Made by a program: the position numbers and the translations under genes. A DNA stretch of 64,000 bases from Christensenellales bacterium. GTDB taxonomy: Bacteria > Bacillota > Clostridia > Christensenellales > JBMNTT01. Under the pieces are notes generated by a model. That model had not been told where the DNA came from, searched no databases, and saw only the letters and a list, made by a program, of their open reading frames with translations. Positions 63,291 to 64,000 of this stretch are shown here, one piece after another. The stretch covers positions 7,701-71,700 of the forward strand of contig JBMNTT010000007.1 of assembly GCA_050945875.1 (NCBI GenBank), given 5' to 3'. Each line of letters opens with the position of its first letter. Position 1 is the first letter of the stretch.

Positions 63291-64000
63291 GCCAGGCCCA
63301 GCAGGCGGCCGCCCTGGTAGATGACGCAGGCGGCCAGGTAGGCCAGGCCGGTCTGATACAGTGCCAGGGCCAGGGCCCATCGGCGCGAGCCCAGCTCCCT
63401 GCGCAGGGTGGCCATCGCCGCCGCGCAGGGGGTGTAGAGCAGCACAAAAACCAAAAACGCATAGGCGGACAGGGGCGTCAGGCAGCCGGCTAAGGCCAGG
63501 GCTGCGGACGCCCCTGCCTGCGTGAAGCCCAGCAGCAGCCCCAACGTGGAGACCACCGCCTCCTTGGCCACCAGGCCCGAGAGCAGCGCCACGGCCAGCT
63601 GCCACGCGCCGCAGCCCAGGGGGATCAGGGCCGGGGCGATCCAGGCGCCCAGCATGCCCAGCAGGCTGGCCTGGGGGTCCTCGGTGTAGGCCAAATGCCC
63701 GGTGAAGTGGGTCAGGGCCCAGATCACCACGCTCATCAGGAAGATCACCGTGCCCGCCTTGACCACAAAGTGCTTGACCTGCTCGTACACATGCATCAGC
63801 GCGCTGTTCAGGGTGGGTCGGCGGTAGGCGGGCAGCTCCAGCAGGAAGGGGGCGGCCCCTTTCTTGAACAGGGTGGCCCGCAGCAGCCGCGCCGTGGCCA
63901 GCGCCAGCGCGAGCCCCAGCAGGTATAGGCTCATCACCGCCAGCACCCGGTGCTCCGGGAAGAAGGCCGAGGCGATCAGCCCGTAGACCGGCAGCTTGGC
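63287..64000 (-). CDS. feoB: Second FeoB (C-terminal membrane part only; the gene continues beyond the right edge)
   Basis: The frame is open to position 64000. The sequence (ELPAYRRPTLNSALMHVYEQVKHFVVKAGTVIF ... LLYTPCAAAMATLRRELGS) parallels residues ~480-670 of the first FeoB. It ends without a Cys-rich extension. Confidence 0.8.
   Translation of the reverse strand, partial: AKLPVYGLIASAFFPEHRVLAVMSLYLLGLALALATARLLRATLFKKGAAPFLLELPAYRRPTLNSALMHVYEQVKHFVVKAGTVIFLMSVVIWALTHFTGHLAYTEDPQASLLGMLGAWIAPALIPLGCGAWQLAVALLSGLVAKEAVVSTLGLLLGFTQAGASAALALAGCLTPLSAYAFLVFVLLYTPCAAAMATLRRELGSRRWALALALYQTGLAYLAACVIYQGGRLLGLA

Noticed and set aside
1-64000. Search for CRISPR arrays, tRNA/rRNA genes, IS elements, integrases, prophage or conjugative modules, and compositional islands
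   Set aside because: None found by eye. The only repeats are the local triplication at 32268-32394 and the terminator palindromes. All AT-rich stretches are short intergenic promoter regions. Coding regions look compositionally uniform, so I cannot call any horizontally acquired island.

Overview
High-GC chromosomal segment with Gram-positive signals: AGGAGG-type ribosome-binding sites, a T-box leader, lipobox lipoproteins, DegV and a Bce-type module. I infer a Clostridia / Oscillospiraceae-like gut anaerobe from sequence style only. Coding is dense on both strands. I call about 58 protein genes, one SRP RNA, one T-box leader, and many rho-independent terminators and sigma-70-like promoters. 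I found no rRNA, tRNA, CRISPR array, transposase, integrase or prophage structural gene. Many long ORFs in the six-frame track are antisense or out-of-frame shadows typical of high-GC DNA, and I rejected them. Several real genes needed their starts trimmed to an internal ATG/GTG that has a Shine-Dalgarno. Recognisable content: a surface Ig-repeat protein, a GH78-like hydrolase, PMM/PGM, transketolase, QueG, PfkB kinases, SRP RNA, an orphan histidine kinase, meso-DAP dehydrogenase and a nitroreductase. Then an MFS transporter, RluA, rRNA-type methyltransferases, T-box-controlled ileS, a Na/Pi transporter, and an amidohydrolase-oxidoreductase-YdcF-GNAT operon. Then feoAB, a CE15-like esterase, MATE, an SPL radical SAM protein, PlsC plus a GT4 glycosyltransferase, a complete BceRS-AB-type module and xth. 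Then three paralogous lipoproteins, an esterase, a purine permease and a PRTase, and a fucose/arabinose-isomerase-family protein. Then a small PD-(D/E)XK nuclease plus SNF2 ATPase pair, EamA, GNAT, dcd, a DUF45 peptidase, a sugar kinase and a flavoprotein. Finally a MarR plus heterodimeric ABC exporter, a Cys-type sulfatase, a nucleoside-hydrolase-fold protein, DegV and a second, partial feoB. The window is mostly ordinary core genome. The best candidates for something undescribed are: (1) the translationally coupled mini-nuclease/SNF2 cassette at 49.2-51.4 kb, which has no phage context; (2) the three independently promoted paralogous lipoproteins of unknown family at 42.3-44.4 kb; (3) an in-frame FeoB fusion to a Cys-rich membrane peptide that keeps an internal SD; (4) paired GT(T/A)AG-N6-CTAAC operators on the feoAB promoter; (5) a triplicated palindrome-containing copy of a gene's 3' end. 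All product calls come from motif recognition by eye; no database search was run.
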